Source of the DNA: Candidatus Nomurabacteria bacterium
GTDB lineage: Bacteria; Patescibacteriota; Minisyncoccia; Phycocordibacterales; UBA9973
Reading direction: 5' to 3'
Assembly (NCBI GenBank): GCA_026395965.1
Contig: JAPLXS010000006.1
Location: forward strand, 233,165 to 297,164
Length of the DNA stretch: 64,000 nt
Positions 35,991 through 46,795 of the stretch are shown piece after piece (the first letter of the stretch is position 1; each line of letters starts with the position of its first letter). The translations under genes were made by a program, and so were the position numbers. The notes beneath the pieces are model-generated. The model saw nothing but the letters and a program-made list of their open reading frames with translations, did not search any database and was not told the origin of the DNA.

Positions 35991-37562
35991 TTATTTAATC
36001 TCTCTTGGTCTGTATTGTAGAGCCTCAAGTACATGAGACGATGAAATATTTTCAAAGCCTTCTAGGTCGGCAATAGTACGAGCCAATTTAATAGTACGAT
36101 GGTAAGCACGAGCAGAGAGTTGTAATCGCTCCGCATGCGTATTTAATAATTTTTTGGTTTCATCATCGAGTGGTGCATAAATATTTAATTCTTTAACATT
36201 TATTTCACTATTGGTGTTTATTTTTCTTGTTGAGTTTTTGAATCTTTTTGTTTGAACTTCACGAGCTTTTTGAACTCTATCTTTTATTGTATTTGTTTTG
36301 TCACCTTCTTGTATGTTGCTTGAAAGTTTTTCGTAATCTATGTTTCCAACTGTAACCCAAATATCTATACGGTCCATAATAGGACCAGAAAGTTTTCTCT
36401 TGTATCGGTCTAAATCACCTGGTTTACAAATACAGTTTTTTTGTTTACTCCCCTTGTGACCACAAGGGCATGGGTTCATAGCTGCAACTAAAATAAAATT
36501 GGAAGGAAAAACAGCTGAACCTTTTGCGCGAGAAATAGAAACAATATTATCTTCAAGCGGTTGTCTTAGTGCCTCTAAAACCCTTTTTTCAAATTCTGGA
36601 AATTCATCTAAAAACAATACTCCTTTATGAGCAAGGGTTACTTCTCCTGGTTTGGGATATACACCTCCACCAATCATAGATACATAACTAGCTGTATGAT
36701 GAGGTGCACGAAATGGAGATTCTGTGACAAGAGTTTCATCCAGTAATCCAACCACAGAATGTATCCCTGTAATTTCTAAACATTCATCTCTACTTAGGTT
36801 GGGGAGTATATTTGAAAATACTCGAGCCAGCATTGTCTTCCCTGTTCCAGGAGGTCCAGACATCGCTATATTGTGTCCACCTGCTGCAGCAATTTCAAGA
36901 CCACGTTTTGCACCTTCTTGCCCTTTGATGTCAGAAAAATCAATACCGTTATTTTTGTCATTGTGCTCTATTTCTGTTTTTGGAAATGCTGACAACTTTG
37001 GTCTTTCTTTTTCAAGAGCATTACCGTGTTTATCTTTCTTTGTAATATAAATATGATCTATTACTTCTTTTAAATTTTTTGCACCATATACTTGTATTCC
37101 ATCTACAAGAGCAGCTTCGTATGCATTTTCAAAAGGTAAATATATTTCTTTATATCCAAGTTTCTTGGCAACTTCAGTTAAAGGTAGAGCACCTTTTATT
37201 GGATGAAGTTCTCCATTTAAAGATAATTCCCCTAAGAATATTCTTCCATCTGGATTGAAATTTATTTCTTCTGCTGAGAGCAGATAAGCAAGTGCAATAG
37301 CTAAATCAAAATACGGACCTTCTTTTTTGAGATCAGCAGGAGAAAGAGATATTACAATTTTCTGGTTTTGATTCTTAGGAGAATTATAACCGGAATTTTT
37401 TAAAGCTGAACTCATCCTATCTTTAGACTCATCTACTGCTTTGTCTGGTAATCCTACTAATGTAAAAGAATGCAAAGTATTTTTTGTGATATCAACTTCT
37501 ATAGTAACTATTTTACCTTTTAATAGGTGTGTTTGAGCAGAATATATTCTTGAAAATGACAT
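35991..37562 (-). CDS. comM: Mg-chelatase-like AAA+ protein ComM/YifB
   Basis: Lon-like N-domain, Walker A SGPPGTGKTML, ChlI-type C-terminal domain. Confidence 0.85.
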   Translation of the reverse strand: MSFSRIYSAQTHLLKGKIVTIEVDITKNTLHSFTLVGLPDKAVDESKDRMSSALKNSGYNSPKNQNQKIVISLSPADLKKEGPYFDLAIALAYLLSAEEINFNPDGRIFLGELSLNGELHPIKGALPLTEVAKKLGYKEIYLPFENAYEAALVDGIQVYGAKNLKEVIDHIYITKKDKHGNALEKERPKLSAFPKTEIEHNDKNNGIDFSDIKGQEGAKRGLEIAAAGGHNIAMSGPPGTGKTMLARVFSNILPNLSRDECLEITGIHSVVGLLDETLVTESPFRAPHHTASYVSMIGGGVYPKPGEVTLAHKGVLFLDEFPEFEKRVLEALRQPLEDNIVSISRAKGSAVFPSNFILVAAMNPCPCGHKGSKQKNCICKPGDLDRYKRKLSGPIMDRIDIWVTVGNIDYEKLSSNIQEGDKTNTIKDRVQKAREVQTKRFKNSTRKINTNSEINVKELNIYAPLDDETKKLLNTHAERLQLSARAYHRTIKLARTIADLEGFENISSSHVLEALQYRPREIK

Positions 37563-37570
37563 ATAAATTT

Positions 37571-37602
37571 AAAACCCCCGAAATAACTATTTCGGGGGTT
37601 TT
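37571..37602. terminator. Rho-independent terminator
   Basis: aaaacccccgaaataactatttcgggggtttt. Confidence 0.85.
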
Positions 37603-37609
37603 AATAATA

Positions 37610-37972
37610 TTAAAAAACCTTTTCCATGCACTCTTTACATGTAAGAGCTGCAGGATTTGCTTCTAAGCGATCTTCTTCTATCTCCTTTTTACAATTTTCA
37701 CAAAAACCATATGATTCAGCACCTATGTTTTCTAATGCTTTATTTATATCAGAAAGTCTTGATTCTAGGGAATTAAGTTTCATGGAGCGTTCCTCGTAGT
37801 CTTCTGCTCTTTCGGACATATCAGCCTCATCTGAAACATCTTGAGCAACGATATCTGTGTCTGGAGTAGCTTCCCAATCCCCTGTTTTGTCTACTTTACC
37901 AAGAGTACCCAGTTCTTCTACTAATAACTTTTTTTCGTCTTCTAATTTATTTTTGTAGATATTTAGATTCAT
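37610..37972 (-). CDS. DksA/TraR family C4-type zinc finger protein
   Basis: Coiled-coil N-terminus; CENCKKEI...CKEC. Confidence 0.7.
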   Translation of the reverse strand: MNLNIYKNKLEDEKKLLVEELGTLGKVDKTGDWEATPDTDIVAQDVSDEADMSERAEDYEERSMKLNSLESRLSDINKALENIGAESYGFCENCKKEIEEDRLEANPAALTCKECMEKVF

Positions 37973-38112
37973 TATATTTTTATAAACGGTGTTTTAGTAT
38001 GACCATTTATTGTTATTTGTTTATAATATTTTTCTAGCTTAAATTGATTATCTGTCGTATGCGACAAAATTCATATTTATATATTAACAATTAATAATAT
38101 AAATAACAATAA

Positions 38113-39033
38113 TTATACTGATGTAGCATTTTTTGTTATTAATCTTGTTATGATTTCTTTTAGTGTTTCAATGTTGCTTGTAAGAACGAAAGTATTTTTA
38201 TTTACAAAAACATAATAAAGTATTGCTTCACCGTTTTCCCCGTATAAAACACGAGCGTCTTTGTTGTTTACTACGATGTCTTGCCACTGTTTATAAAAAA
38301 CCAAAGAATCTGGGTCAGTTATGTTTATATTAAATAAAACATAAACATCCCTCAATAGGCTTTTTTCCCAATCCAAAGTGGAAGCATAAGTTAAGTTATA
38401 ATCTTTATTTTCAAGAATTATAAATACAGTAGCGTTGTCACTACCAGGTGTAATATTTGTATTTGAATATTTTCCAATAAGATATTTATCAGATAGTGAT
38501 CTGGTGAGTGCACCTGGTGGATTTATTCCCAGTGCAGAAAGAAATTTATTTGATGTTACTGTTTCGTTTGTATTTTTTGTAGGAAATAAAACTTTTATTA
38601 ACCCTCCACCAAGAGAGGGTGTTTGTTTTATGATATTTGACATATCATTTGTGTTTGTCACATTTGATATATCTATATTTTGATATGCATCAAAAGCAAT
38701 AAAAGTATCTATGTTTTTTATTGTAGCAACAGGTGCATCATTTATATTTTTTTGTCTAATTAAAAAATATGAACCAACGACTGCTAGTGTTATCAAAACT
38801 ACTCCACCTATTATAAGAAAAGTTTTTGAGGTGTTTGTTCCTTCTGCTTCTTTGTAAACTTCTTCCCTCTCTCTTTTTTCTTTTTCAGCTAATGCAATTT
38901 TAATAACAGATACTTCATTGGTTCTAATAGCATCTGCCATGTCAGAAGTATAGGTTCTTAGAACTTTTATATTTTTTTCTGTATTCTGTTGTGGTTGATT
39001 TTCATCCATTATTTTTAGTTTTTTATAAAACAA
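38113..39033 (-). CDS. Hypothetical single-TM membrane protein
   Basis: 306 aa, TM FLIIGGVVLITLAVVGSYFLI. Confidence 0.45.
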   Translation of the reverse strand: MFYKKLKIMDENQPQQNTEKNIKVLRTYTSDMADAIRTNEVSVIKIALAEKEKREREEVYKEAEGTNTSKTFLIIGGVVLITLAVVGSYFLIRQKNINDAPVATIKNIDTFIAFDAYQNIDISNVTNTNDMSNIIKQTPSLGGGLIKVLFPTKNTNETVTSNKFLSALGINPPGALTRSLSDKYLIGKYSNTNITPGSDNATVFIILENKDYNLTYASTLDWEKSLLRDVYVLFNINITDPDSLVFYKQWQDIVVNNKDARVLYGENGEAILYYVFVNKNTFVLTSNIETLKEIITRLITKNATSV

Positions 39034-39146
39034 TAATTTTATATTTTTTCAAAAATAAAACTCATGATTATATTCTATCATAATTGGCAGTGAATTTTTG
39101 GATTCAAACAGTGCATCTACTCGAGTGAAATTTAACGTAAAAGTTT

Positions 39147-41285
39147 TTAAACTTTTACGGGTTCTATTGGTTTAAAGAAGTTACCATCCGCTTCTTTGAT
39201 AGAAAGATTTAGGCGTCCTCTTTCGTCAACTTTAATTATTTTAATAGGAACGATTGCCCCCTCTTTAAGAATATCAGAAACTTTTTCAACACGAAATGGT
39301 GCTATCTCTGAGATGTGAACAAGTCCTTCTGTGTCATGTCCTATTTTTACAAAAGCACCAAATTCCATAATTTTTACAACTTCACCGGAAGCCATGTCAC
39401 CTACTTTATATTCATGTGTCATACTCTCTATTATTTCAACAGCCTTTTCTGCTCCCCCATTTTTCCCTGTAACAAAAACTGTACCATCTTCTTCTATTGT
39501 AATATCAGTCCCAGTTTTTTCACGAATAGCATTTATATTTTTTCCACCTGGTCCAATTATTAGACCTATCTGATCTTTCTTGATTTTGATTGTTAAAATC
39601 ATTGGAGCCTTTGGAGATATATTTGTACGAGGCGACGCTATCTCAGCTGTAATAGTTTCTAGTATTTGTAGTCGAGCTATACGAGCACGAGTTAGAGCTT
39701 CTTTTAATATTGATAGTTTCACACCTTCCACTTTTACATCTAATTGTATAGCTGTGATTCCATCTTTTGTTCCAGCAACTTTGCAGTCCATATCACCATA
39801 ATGATCTTCTGGTCCTTGAATGTCCGATAGAAGTACATAGTTATTTGTGTCCTTTTCATCTGACATTAGTCCGATAGAAATACCAGCAACAGGAGTTTTT
39901 ATTGGTACACCCCCATCCATAAGAGCTACAGTAGCTGCACAAATAGAAGCTTGAGAAGTGGAACCATTTGATGCAGTTGATTCTGATACTACGCGAATAG
40001 TATATGGGAATAAAGTTTTTTCTGGGATAACAGGTGTTAATGCTTTCTCTGCCAAAAATCCATGACCCATCTCTCTTCTGTTTATGCCTCCTACTCGTCC
40101 TGTTTCACCGCCAGAATATGGAGGGAAGTTGTAGTGATGCATGAAACGTTTCTTTGATTCAGACTCCATACCTTGAACAGACAACATATCTTCTGGTCCA
40201 CCAAGAGCAAGTACAGACAGAACATGTGTTTCACCTCTATAGAATATACCAGAGCCATGCAATACATCTGATATTCCTCCTGCTTTAGCATAAATTTTTC
40301 TTATTTCATCTACTTCTCTTCCGTCTGCACGAATTCCTTTTAGGAGTGCCATCTTGTGAAACGCACCATCAAGATAGTGATGTAGATAATCTTCAGCTAC
40401 ATTTTTTTCTTTATCATCATTTGCATCTTTATATTTTTCATCTAGTATCTCTCCCCATAGAGTTTCAGCTTCACTTGTAACTTTTTTGCTTTCTTTACTG
40501 AAAAGTTTTTCCTCAAGCATTGGTCTTATCTTTTCATTAAATATAGAAATTATATCTGCACCCATTTCTGTTTTTGGAAATGATAGTTTTTCTTTTCCTA
40601 ATTCGTTTCTAAGTGTCTTTTCGAAATCTTCCCACTTAGAAATCTCTACTGAAGCTAAGTCAAAACATTGACTCATATCCTCTTCACTCACTTCAAAGGA
40701 CATTGCTTCTATCATATTTATAGTTTTGTCCTTTCCACAAACAAGCAGATCAAGCGCATAAACTGCTTCATCTGCACTTGGAATATAATTGTTTACTTTT
40801 ATTGTTGGATCTTCTTTTGTCTTACTTATCTGTACAGCACCAATAGGTCCGTTCCATGGTATATCTGATATATGTAGAGCTATTGAAACAGCGTTGATTC
40901 CAAGAGTTTTTGGGTCAGTGTTTCCTACTGCAATTACAGTAACTATAACTTGAACAGCATTTTTGATATGTTGATCAAAAAGAGGACGAATAGTTCTGTC
41001 TATCATTCTTGCTGCTAAAATAGACTGGTCACTTGGACGACCTTCTCTTTTGTTGTATTGGCCTCCCAATATTTTTCCGGCAGCATAAAACTTTTCTAGG
41101 TATTCAACAGTTAGATTGAAATATCCCATGTTCTTGCTTCCGTCTTTTGAGATGACTGCAGTGGCCATAACTACAGTTCCTTCACTTTTTAAAATCACAG
41201 AACCATTTGCTTGATTTGCTAAATCACTAAATAAAGCGATGATTTTTTTACCACCAATTTCTACTTCATATTCTTTGCTTTGCAT
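39147..41285 (-). CDS. pnp: Polyribonucleotide nucleotidyltransferase (PNPase)
   Basis: Two RNase PH domains, KH (IGPGGKNI) and S1 C-terminus. Confidence 0.95.
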   Translation of the reverse strand: MQSKEYEVEIGGKKIIALFSDLANQANGSVILKSEGTVVMATAVISKDGSKNMGYFNLTVEYLEKFYAAGKILGGQYNKREGRPSDQSILAARMIDRTIRPLFDQHIKNAVQVIVTVIAVGNTDPKTLGINAVSIALHISDIPWNGPIGAVQISKTKEDPTIKVNNYIPSADEAVYALDLLVCGKDKTINMIEAMSFEVSEEDMSQCFDLASVEISKWEDFEKTLRNELGKEKLSFPKTEMGADIISIFNEKIRPMLEEKLFSKESKKVTSEAETLWGEILDEKYKDANDDKEKNVAEDYLHHYLDGAFHKMALLKGIRADGREVDEIRKIYAKAGGISDVLHGSGIFYRGETHVLSVLALGGPEDMLSVQGMESESKKRFMHHYNFPPYSGGETGRVGGINRREMGHGFLAEKALTPVIPEKTLFPYTIRVVSESTASNGSTSQASICAATVALMDGGVPIKTPVAGISIGLMSDEKDTNNYVLLSDIQGPEDHYGDMDCKVAGTKDGITAIQLDVKVEGVKLSILKEALTRARIARLQILETITAEIASPRTNISPKAPMILTIKIKKDQIGLIIGPGGKNINAIREKTGTDITIEEDGTVFVTGKNGGAEKAVEIIESMTHEYKVGDMASGEVVKIMEFGAFVKIGHDTEGLVHISEIAPFRVEKVSDILKEGAIVPIKIIKVDERGRLNLSIKEADGNFFKPIEPVKV

Positions 41286-41500
41286 TATTTTAAGAGCTAC
41301 TCTTCAGACCCTAGTATTGAAATCCATATATTTATGGCTTCAAATCTAACCGTCTGAAGACTAGCAAAATTACTTATTAATACTTATATTTATAACACAC
41401 ATTTGGTAAAATGCATAAAAACTATTTCACCTGTTTGTGCCTATTAATACAAACAAATTATTAAAATTAAAAACAATTTAAATTACTAATAAAAAAAACC

Positions 41501-41538
41501 TGTATATTATTTTAAGTAATATACAGGTTTGGTTTTTT
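41501..41538. terminator. Rho-independent terminator
   Basis: aaaaaaaacctgtatattattttaagtaatatacaggtttggtttttt. Confidence 0.7.
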
Positions 41539-41950
41539 ATTTTTTATCTAATTTGCGGAATGCATCATTGACCTTCACAAAACGGTCTCCTTTTTTGGGT
41601 GTATTTTTATCCCAGTAATATTTTGCTGTTGGAAGCATAAGGATTGTGATACCAAAACTATTGATTCTCACAACAGCCGGCGCAGTTTTTTTAAAAATTG
41701 TTGGATGTGCAAAATCAGCACCAACCGACTCGATTTCAAAAACTTCTCCTTCTTTCAAATTTAACCAAGAATAATTTGGTTTTTCATGATAAAAATAATT
41801 ACCTAATAGTATTGCACCAAGAATATGAAATCCCCAGAGTAGATACAAGTAGGGGTTGTGGTTCATTTCATCTATGCAAACATACAAAATAATAATAGCT
41901 GTTATTATAAAAATAAAAGTACCCGAAAATAAACTCATATCTTTTTTCAT
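41537..41950 (-). CDS. Hypothetical membrane protein
   Basis: 137 aa, two N-terminal TM helices. Confidence 0.4.
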   Translation of the reverse strand: MKKDMSLFSGTFIFIITAIIILYVCIDEMNHNPYLYLLWGFHILGAILLGNYFYHEKPNYSWLNLKEGEVFEIESVGADFAHPTIFKKTAPAVVRINSFGITILMLPTAKYYWDKNTPKKGDRFVKVNDAFRKLDKK

Positions 41951-42038
41951 TTAACTTACCGCGCAAACGGATTTTTTTAATTTACAAAATATATTTGTTC
42001 TTAACTTAACATAAAATACTCGTATTATCAATCAATAT

Positions 42039-42066
42039 AAAAAGACCTCGCATGTAGGTCTTTTTA
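42039..42066. terminator. Rho-independent terminator
   Basis: aaaagacctcgcatgtaggtcttttt. Confidence 0.7.
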
Positions 42067-42076
42067 TATTGATATT

Positions 42077-42583
42077 TTAGTATATTAAATATTTACGGTA
42101 ATTGTTTGATAGATCTAGAAAATCATCTGCTTGTTCTTTGAGTTTCATAGACGCACTTTTTCCAAATGATACAACTTCTACTTGAACCCCAGATGTACTC
42201 TGTAAATATTCGACAAGTGGTACAAAATCTCCATCACCAGCAACCAATACGACAGCATCTAGCTTGGGCGCCATCTTCATGGCATCAACTGCTAGTCCAA
42301 CATCCCAGTCACCCTTTTTTGCTCCACCAGCAAAAATTTGTAATTCTTTTGTTCTGGTTTCTATTCCAAGTTTTGTTAATGCTTCAAAAAAATTTTTCTC
42401 TTCCCCTCCTTCACTTGTGATAACATATGCAATTGCACGAACTAGTTTACGACCAGCAACTGCATCTTTTAAAACTGCACCAAAGTTTACTTTTCTTTTA
42501 TATAAATTTTTAGCAGAATGATATAGATTTGATGTATCTATAAAAACTCCTACTCTTTGTTCTTTGTGTTTTATTACGCTCAT
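42077..42583 (-). CDS. NYN-domain (LabA-like PIN-fold) protein
   Basis: VGVFIDTSNL...GDWDVGLAVDAM...LVAGDGDFVPLV. Confidence 0.7.
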   Translation of the reverse strand: MSVIKHKEQRVGVFIDTSNLYHSAKNLYKRKVNFGAVLKDAVAGRKLVRAIAYVITSEGGEEKNFFEALTKLGIETRTKELQIFAGGAKKGDWDVGLAVDAMKMAPKLDAVVLVAGDGDFVPLVEYLQSTSGVQVEVVSFGKSASMKLKEQADDFLDLSNNYRKYLIY

Positions 42584-42703
42584 CCCGTTAGAAGCAGGTC
42601 GTGGTCTTTAGAAAACTCACATACCTACTTAATTAAAATTATTATATTATATTATATAAACCCGTTCTTTTTATAGAAACCATGACCGCGGCTTCTAACG
42701 GGA
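42583..42703 (-). other. Inverted-repeat leader element, site 3: TCCCGTTAGAAGC ... GCTTCTAACGGGA, 3' arm abutting the NYN gene ATG
   Basis: 13-bp IR with conserved CCCGTTAG/CTAACGGG core and covarying outer bases relative to sites 1 and 2. Confidence 0.6.
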
Positions 42704-42815
42704 CTCATATATTTTAATTGTATTAAAAATTTACATCGACCAATGTTGTTTAAACAACATTTATATTATATACCCTTAATTATGTATTTTATAGTCTATC
42801 TATTTATAAGATAAC

Positions 42816-42846
42816 AAAAATCCCGACAGATGCCGGGATTTTTGTT
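42816..42846. terminator. Rho-independent terminator after rpsO
   Basis: aaaaatcccgacagatgccgggattttt. Confidence 0.75.
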
Positions 42847-43105
42847 ATGCTTTTAGTTTTTTACTTTCAGTAGCGTATCTTTCTTTGTCTGTCTTTTCTA
42901 GATACTTTAAATGATTTCTACGATCAGCAACCATTTTTATAAGTCCTCTACGTGAGTGGTTGTCTTTTTTGTGTTCTTTCAAATGTCCTGCAAGTTCGTC
43001 TATTCTTTTACTCAAAATAGCGATTTGCACTTCTGGGCTACCTGTATCAGTACCATGTAACTGGTTCTTTTTTATAATATTTTGCTTTTTCTTTGTTGTT
43101 AACAT
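42845..43105 (-). CDS. rpsO: 30S ribosomal protein S15
   Basis: [39 protein letters not shown]. Confidence 0.85.
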   Translation of the reverse strand: MLTTKKKQNIIKKNQLHGTDTGSPEVQIAILSKRIDELAGHLKEHKKDNHSRRGLIKMVADRRNHLKYLEKTDKERYATESKKLKA

Positions 43106-43301
43106 TGTGCAAGTATATTAGCATAAATTGTTAAAGAATGCAAGAGGCATATGATATGGCTCTAAATAACCATTTTTATGATACAATTATTGTACGACAT
43201 TGAAATATTTGACCTACTATAATTTTTTGGTTAATTAATTTTGATTTAAAAGTTGCAATAAAAAGTATCTATAAAATTATTATCAATTATTTACTATTTG
43301 G

Positions 43302-44240
43302 ATGATTACCTATTTAGAACAATTAAAAAGAGAATTTCTTGAACATGTAGAAATAGAGAAAGGCAATAGTTTGAAAACTGTAAATAATTACGATTATTAT
43401 ATTGGCCGTTTTTTTGATTTTGCAAAAATTTCTGAACCAAAAGAAATATCTGATGAAAAAATTCGTGAATATCGTTTATATTTAAATCGTCAGCCTGGTG
43501 TAAAAATCCGTGGACAAGAATCTGGTAATCTTAAAAAAAATACTCAAAATTATCATCTAATTGCATTGAGGTCTTTTCTTAAATATTTAATGAAAAGAGG
43601 TATCACTTCCCTATCACCTGAACGTATAGACTTGGCAAAAATAAAGGAAAGAAGTTTGGATTTAATATCTAGCGCAGAGCTTAATAGACTATTGTCTGCC
43701 CCTCTTACTTTAGCATCTACAGATAATAAATTCGACGGCCCCAAAAAATTAAGAGACAAGGCAATTTTAGAATTATTTTTTTCTACAGGTTTACGCTTGT
43801 CAGAATTGTGTTCTATAAATAGGGATCTTGATTTATCTAAAGATGAATTCTCTATTCGTGGTAAAGGAGAAAAAGTCCGAGTTGTATTTTTATCTGACTC
43901 AGCCAAAGATGCAATACGCGAATATTTAAAAATCCGCAAAGATATGGATGAACCACTTTTTATTCAATACTCTCAAAATAGCGGAAAAAGTAACAGACTC
44001 ACTCCACGCTCAGTAGAACGAATTGTAAAATACTATGCTATCGTTGCCGGTATTTCAAAAAAAGTTACACCCCATATCATAAGACACTCATTTGCTACAG
44101 ACTTGCTTTCAAATGGTGCAGATATTCGTTCTGTCCAAATGATGCTAGGTCACGCCAATATTGCTACTACTCAGATATATACTCATATTACAGACAAACA
44201 ACTTCGTGATGTTCATAAGAAATTTCATAGTAAAAAATAA
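43302..44240 (+). CDS. xerD: Tyrosine site-specific recombinase XerC/XerD family
   Basis: R..HxxR..Y catalytic set: HIIRHSFATDLL...LGHANIATTQIYTH. Confidence 0.85.
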   Translation: MITYLEQLKREFLEHVEIEKGNSLKTVNNYDYYIGRFFDFAKISEPKEISDEKIREYRLYLNRQPGVKIRGQESGNLKKNTQNYHLIALRSFLKYLMKRGITSLSPERIDLAKIKERSLDLISSAELNRLLSAPLTLASTDNKFDGPKKLRDKAILELFFSTGLRLSELCSINRDLDLSKDEFSIRGKGEKVRVVFLSDSAKDAIREYLKIRKDMDEPLFIQYSQNSGKSNRLTPRSVERIVKYYAIVAGISKKVTPHIIRHSFATDLLSNGADIRSVQMMLGHANIATTQIYTHITDKQLRDVHKKFHSKK

Positions 44241-44282
44241 TTCTATTAATTTAAAAAATAAAAAGTTATAATAAAAGCATAT

Positions 44283-44933
44283 ATGAAATACGAAAAACAC
44301 AAAGAATTTTTTAGTACCGCATACAGAACTGGAAGTGATACTTGGACTCATCTTCCCCTTGAAAACAGAGGAGAATTGTTGATGGATCATTTACCTAAAA
44401 ATTCTCTTATACTTGATGTTGGTTCTGGAAGAGGTTTGTTTTCAAAGAAGCTAGTAGAGTTTGGCTACCGAGTAGTGGGTCTTGATTTTGAGCCAAATAT
44501 TGTTAGAAAAACAAATGAAAATGTTTTACACTGGGGACTAGAAGGAAAGCTAAAGTTTGTAGAAGGTAGTGCTCTCGATATACCATTTACCGATAATGGT
44601 TTTGATGGAGTATGTGATTTTGGTCTCATAGAAAATCTATACCCCGAAGACTGGGAGGTTTATGCTAATGAAATAGGTCGTGTTTTAAAACCTGGAGGAT
44701 TTTATTTAAATATTGCTCTCTCGAGTGAAACACAACAATTTTTTGAATTTTCACCCAAAGCATTAAATGGCGGAAGTTTTAAAAAATATGATGTTACATA
44801 TCATTTTTTTAAAAAAGACGAGATGAAAAATATTTTCAATCACCAGCTAAACCCAATTGAGCAAAATATCAAAGTAATAGAGAGGCCCAACCATTTGGCT
44901 TTACTCGAAACACTTTTTCAAAAACCTGAGTAA
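44283..44933 (+). CDS. Class I SAM-dependent methyltransferase
   Basis: Motif I ILDVGSGRG, motif II VVGLD. Confidence 0.7.
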   Translation: MKYEKHKEFFSTAYRTGSDTWTHLPLENRGELLMDHLPKNSLILDVGSGRGLFSKKLVEFGYRVVGLDFEPNIVRKTNENVLHWGLEGKLKFVEGSALDIPFTDNGFDGVCDFGLIENLYPEDWEVYANEIGRVLKPGGFYLNIALSSETQQFFEFSPKALNGGSFKKYDVTYHFFKKDEMKNIFNHQLNPIEQNIKVIERPNHLALLETLFQKPE

Positions 44934-44978
44934 ATTTTCTATTATTATTTAAATTTTTTTGTGGTAATATGTACGTAT

Positions 44979-45749
44979 ATGAAGATTATCTCTTGGAATA
45001 CAAATGGATTAAGAGCAACTTCAAAACAAGGGTATTTTATGCCTTTGTTTTCTTTTAATGACCCAGATATTGTTTGTCTTCAAGAAACAAAATGTGAACC
45101 AGATCAACTTGATGAAAAAACAAGAAATTTAAATGGATATAACTCATATTTTTCATATTCCAAAAATAAAAAAGGATATAGTGGTGTAGGAATCTATTCA
45201 AAAATAAAACCAGAAAATGTAGAATACGGGATAGGCATAGAAAAATTTGACGACGAAGGAAGAACAATTGTCGCTTATTATAAAAACTTTGTATTGATAA
45301 ACTGTTACTTCCCTAATGGTGGTGCCAGTGAAGAAAGATTAAAATACAAACTTGAATTTTATGATGAATTTTTAAAATTTATAAATAATTTAAAAAATCA
45401 AAATAAAAATGTTGTTTTCTGCGGTGATGTAAATACTGCTCATAATGAAATAGATTTAGCACGACCAAAATCAAACAAAGACAATACAGGATTCTTGCCA
45501 ATAGAGCGAGCATGGTTGGATAAAGTTATAAATAACGAATGGGTTGATGTGTTCCGTAACCTATATCCAGACGAAAAGGATGTTTATACATACTGGGACA
45601 TGAAAACCAGAGCCAGAGATAGAAATGTTGGATGGCGAATAGATTATTTTTTTATAAATAAATCATTCTTAACTAAGATAAAAAACTTCAAGACACTAGC
45701 AGATTATTATGGCTCAGACCATTGCCCCATAATGATTGAAATAAAATAA
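44979..45749 (+). CDS. xth: Exodeoxyribonuclease III / AP endonuclease (start set at MKIISWN, inside the longer ORF 44961)
   Basis: MKIISWNTNGLRA, CLQETK, final DHCP motif. Confidence 0.85.
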   Translation: MKIISWNTNGLRATSKQGYFMPLFSFNDPDIVCLQETKCEPDQLDEKTRNLNGYNSYFSYSKNKKGYSGVGIYSKIKPENVEYGIGIEKFDDEGRTIVAYYKNFVLINCYFPNGGASEERLKYKLEFYDEFLKFINNLKNQNKNVVFCGDVNTAHNEIDLARPKSNKDNTGFLPIERAWLDKVINNEWVDVFRNLYPDEKDVYTYWDMKTRARDRNVGWRIDYFFINKSFLTKIKNFKTLADYYGSDHCPIMIEIK

Positions 45750-45790
45750 AATAACCCAGGAATATTTCCTGGGTTGTTTTATTTTATTTT
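45747..45790. terminator. Bidirectional rho-independent terminator
   Basis: aaaataacccaggaatatttcctgggttgttttatttt. Confidence 0.8.
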
Positions 45791-46756
45791 TAAACTTTTC
45801 TCTTGTTCCTCAGTTATAGTTCCTTTTAAAAGATTAATAATTACTTGAGATTGTAAATCTTTAGATAAAAATTCAAATGGTCCTGTAATTTTTTTTCCAT
45901 CAGTTTCCCATTTTCTAACTGCCTCACCCAATATTTTAGGATTTAATTCAACATATATAATATCATCGACGTCTACCCCCTTTTCTTTTGCTTTATTTAT
46001 TTGTGCATATTTGTGTTCTTTGGCACTTAAATTTGTTGTAAATTGTACGCCAATAGATTTTTCTTCAAAAGTGAAATCTTGTCTGTTTATACCCACTCCT
46101 CTTACTTTGTGTTTTGATGAGATAATAAAATCAATCTTATTTTCAACATCCTCGAAAGCATTCGCTTCTCTAACAGATATACCCAAATCGGAACGATCGA
46201 TAGCTATTCTCTCAAGAACTCCCATCATGATTTTTTCCGCCATTATTCCTAATTGCTTACTTTCTTTTCCAGATCTTTCTGCTATTTCCCCATATGCTTT
46301 TGAAACCAAAGCATCACTTTTTTGTGTTTTGTCGGATAGAACTGTAGCTAATTCTTTATTTAATTTTGAATAAAGAGCATCTTCAGACATTTTTTCAAGC
46401 ATAATTCTGATTAATTTTTTACCATCACCAGACTGAATCAATGTTTCTGGTAGGCAAAAGTTTATTCCGTATCTTCTTGCTGATACTATTTGACCAATAC
46501 TAAATTTTTCATCCCGATTATTGTCGATAAAAAAGCCTTTGTTGTGTTTGTCATAGCTAACAAATTTTTTCTCAGAACCCTCTTTTCCGATCTCTAATTC
46601 TAGGTTTTTATTTAGTATATTAATACTATTTTCAATTTCTAGTATATTTTCATTGATTATTAAGTCAATTTCTTGTCCCAAGAAAGAGCTAGTTGGGCTA
46701 TTTTGTGTCTCATAGGTGTCCTTTATAAATACTTGTTCCATTCTATTGAAATTCAT
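45779..46756 (-). CDS. Hypothetical protein
   Basis: 325 aa ORF, no motif recognised. Confidence 0.4.
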   Translation of the reverse strand: MNFNRMEQVFIKDTYETQNSPTSSFLGQEIDLIINENILEIENSINILNKNLELEIGKEGSEKKFVSYDKHNKGFFIDNNRDEKFSIGQIVSARRYGINFCLPETLIQSGDGKKLIRIMLEKMSEDALYSKLNKELATVLSDKTQKSDALVSKAYGEIAERSGKESKQLGIMAEKIMMGVLERIAIDRSDLGISVREANAFEDVENKIDFIISSKHKVRGVGINRQDFTFEEKSIGVQFTTNLSAKEHKYAQINKAKEKGVDVDDIIYVELNPKILGEAVRKWETDGKKITGPFEFLSKDLQSQVIINLLKGTITEEQEKSLKIK

Positions 46757-46795
46757 ATATTTATTATATATGAATTAATAAATTACACCATTCGT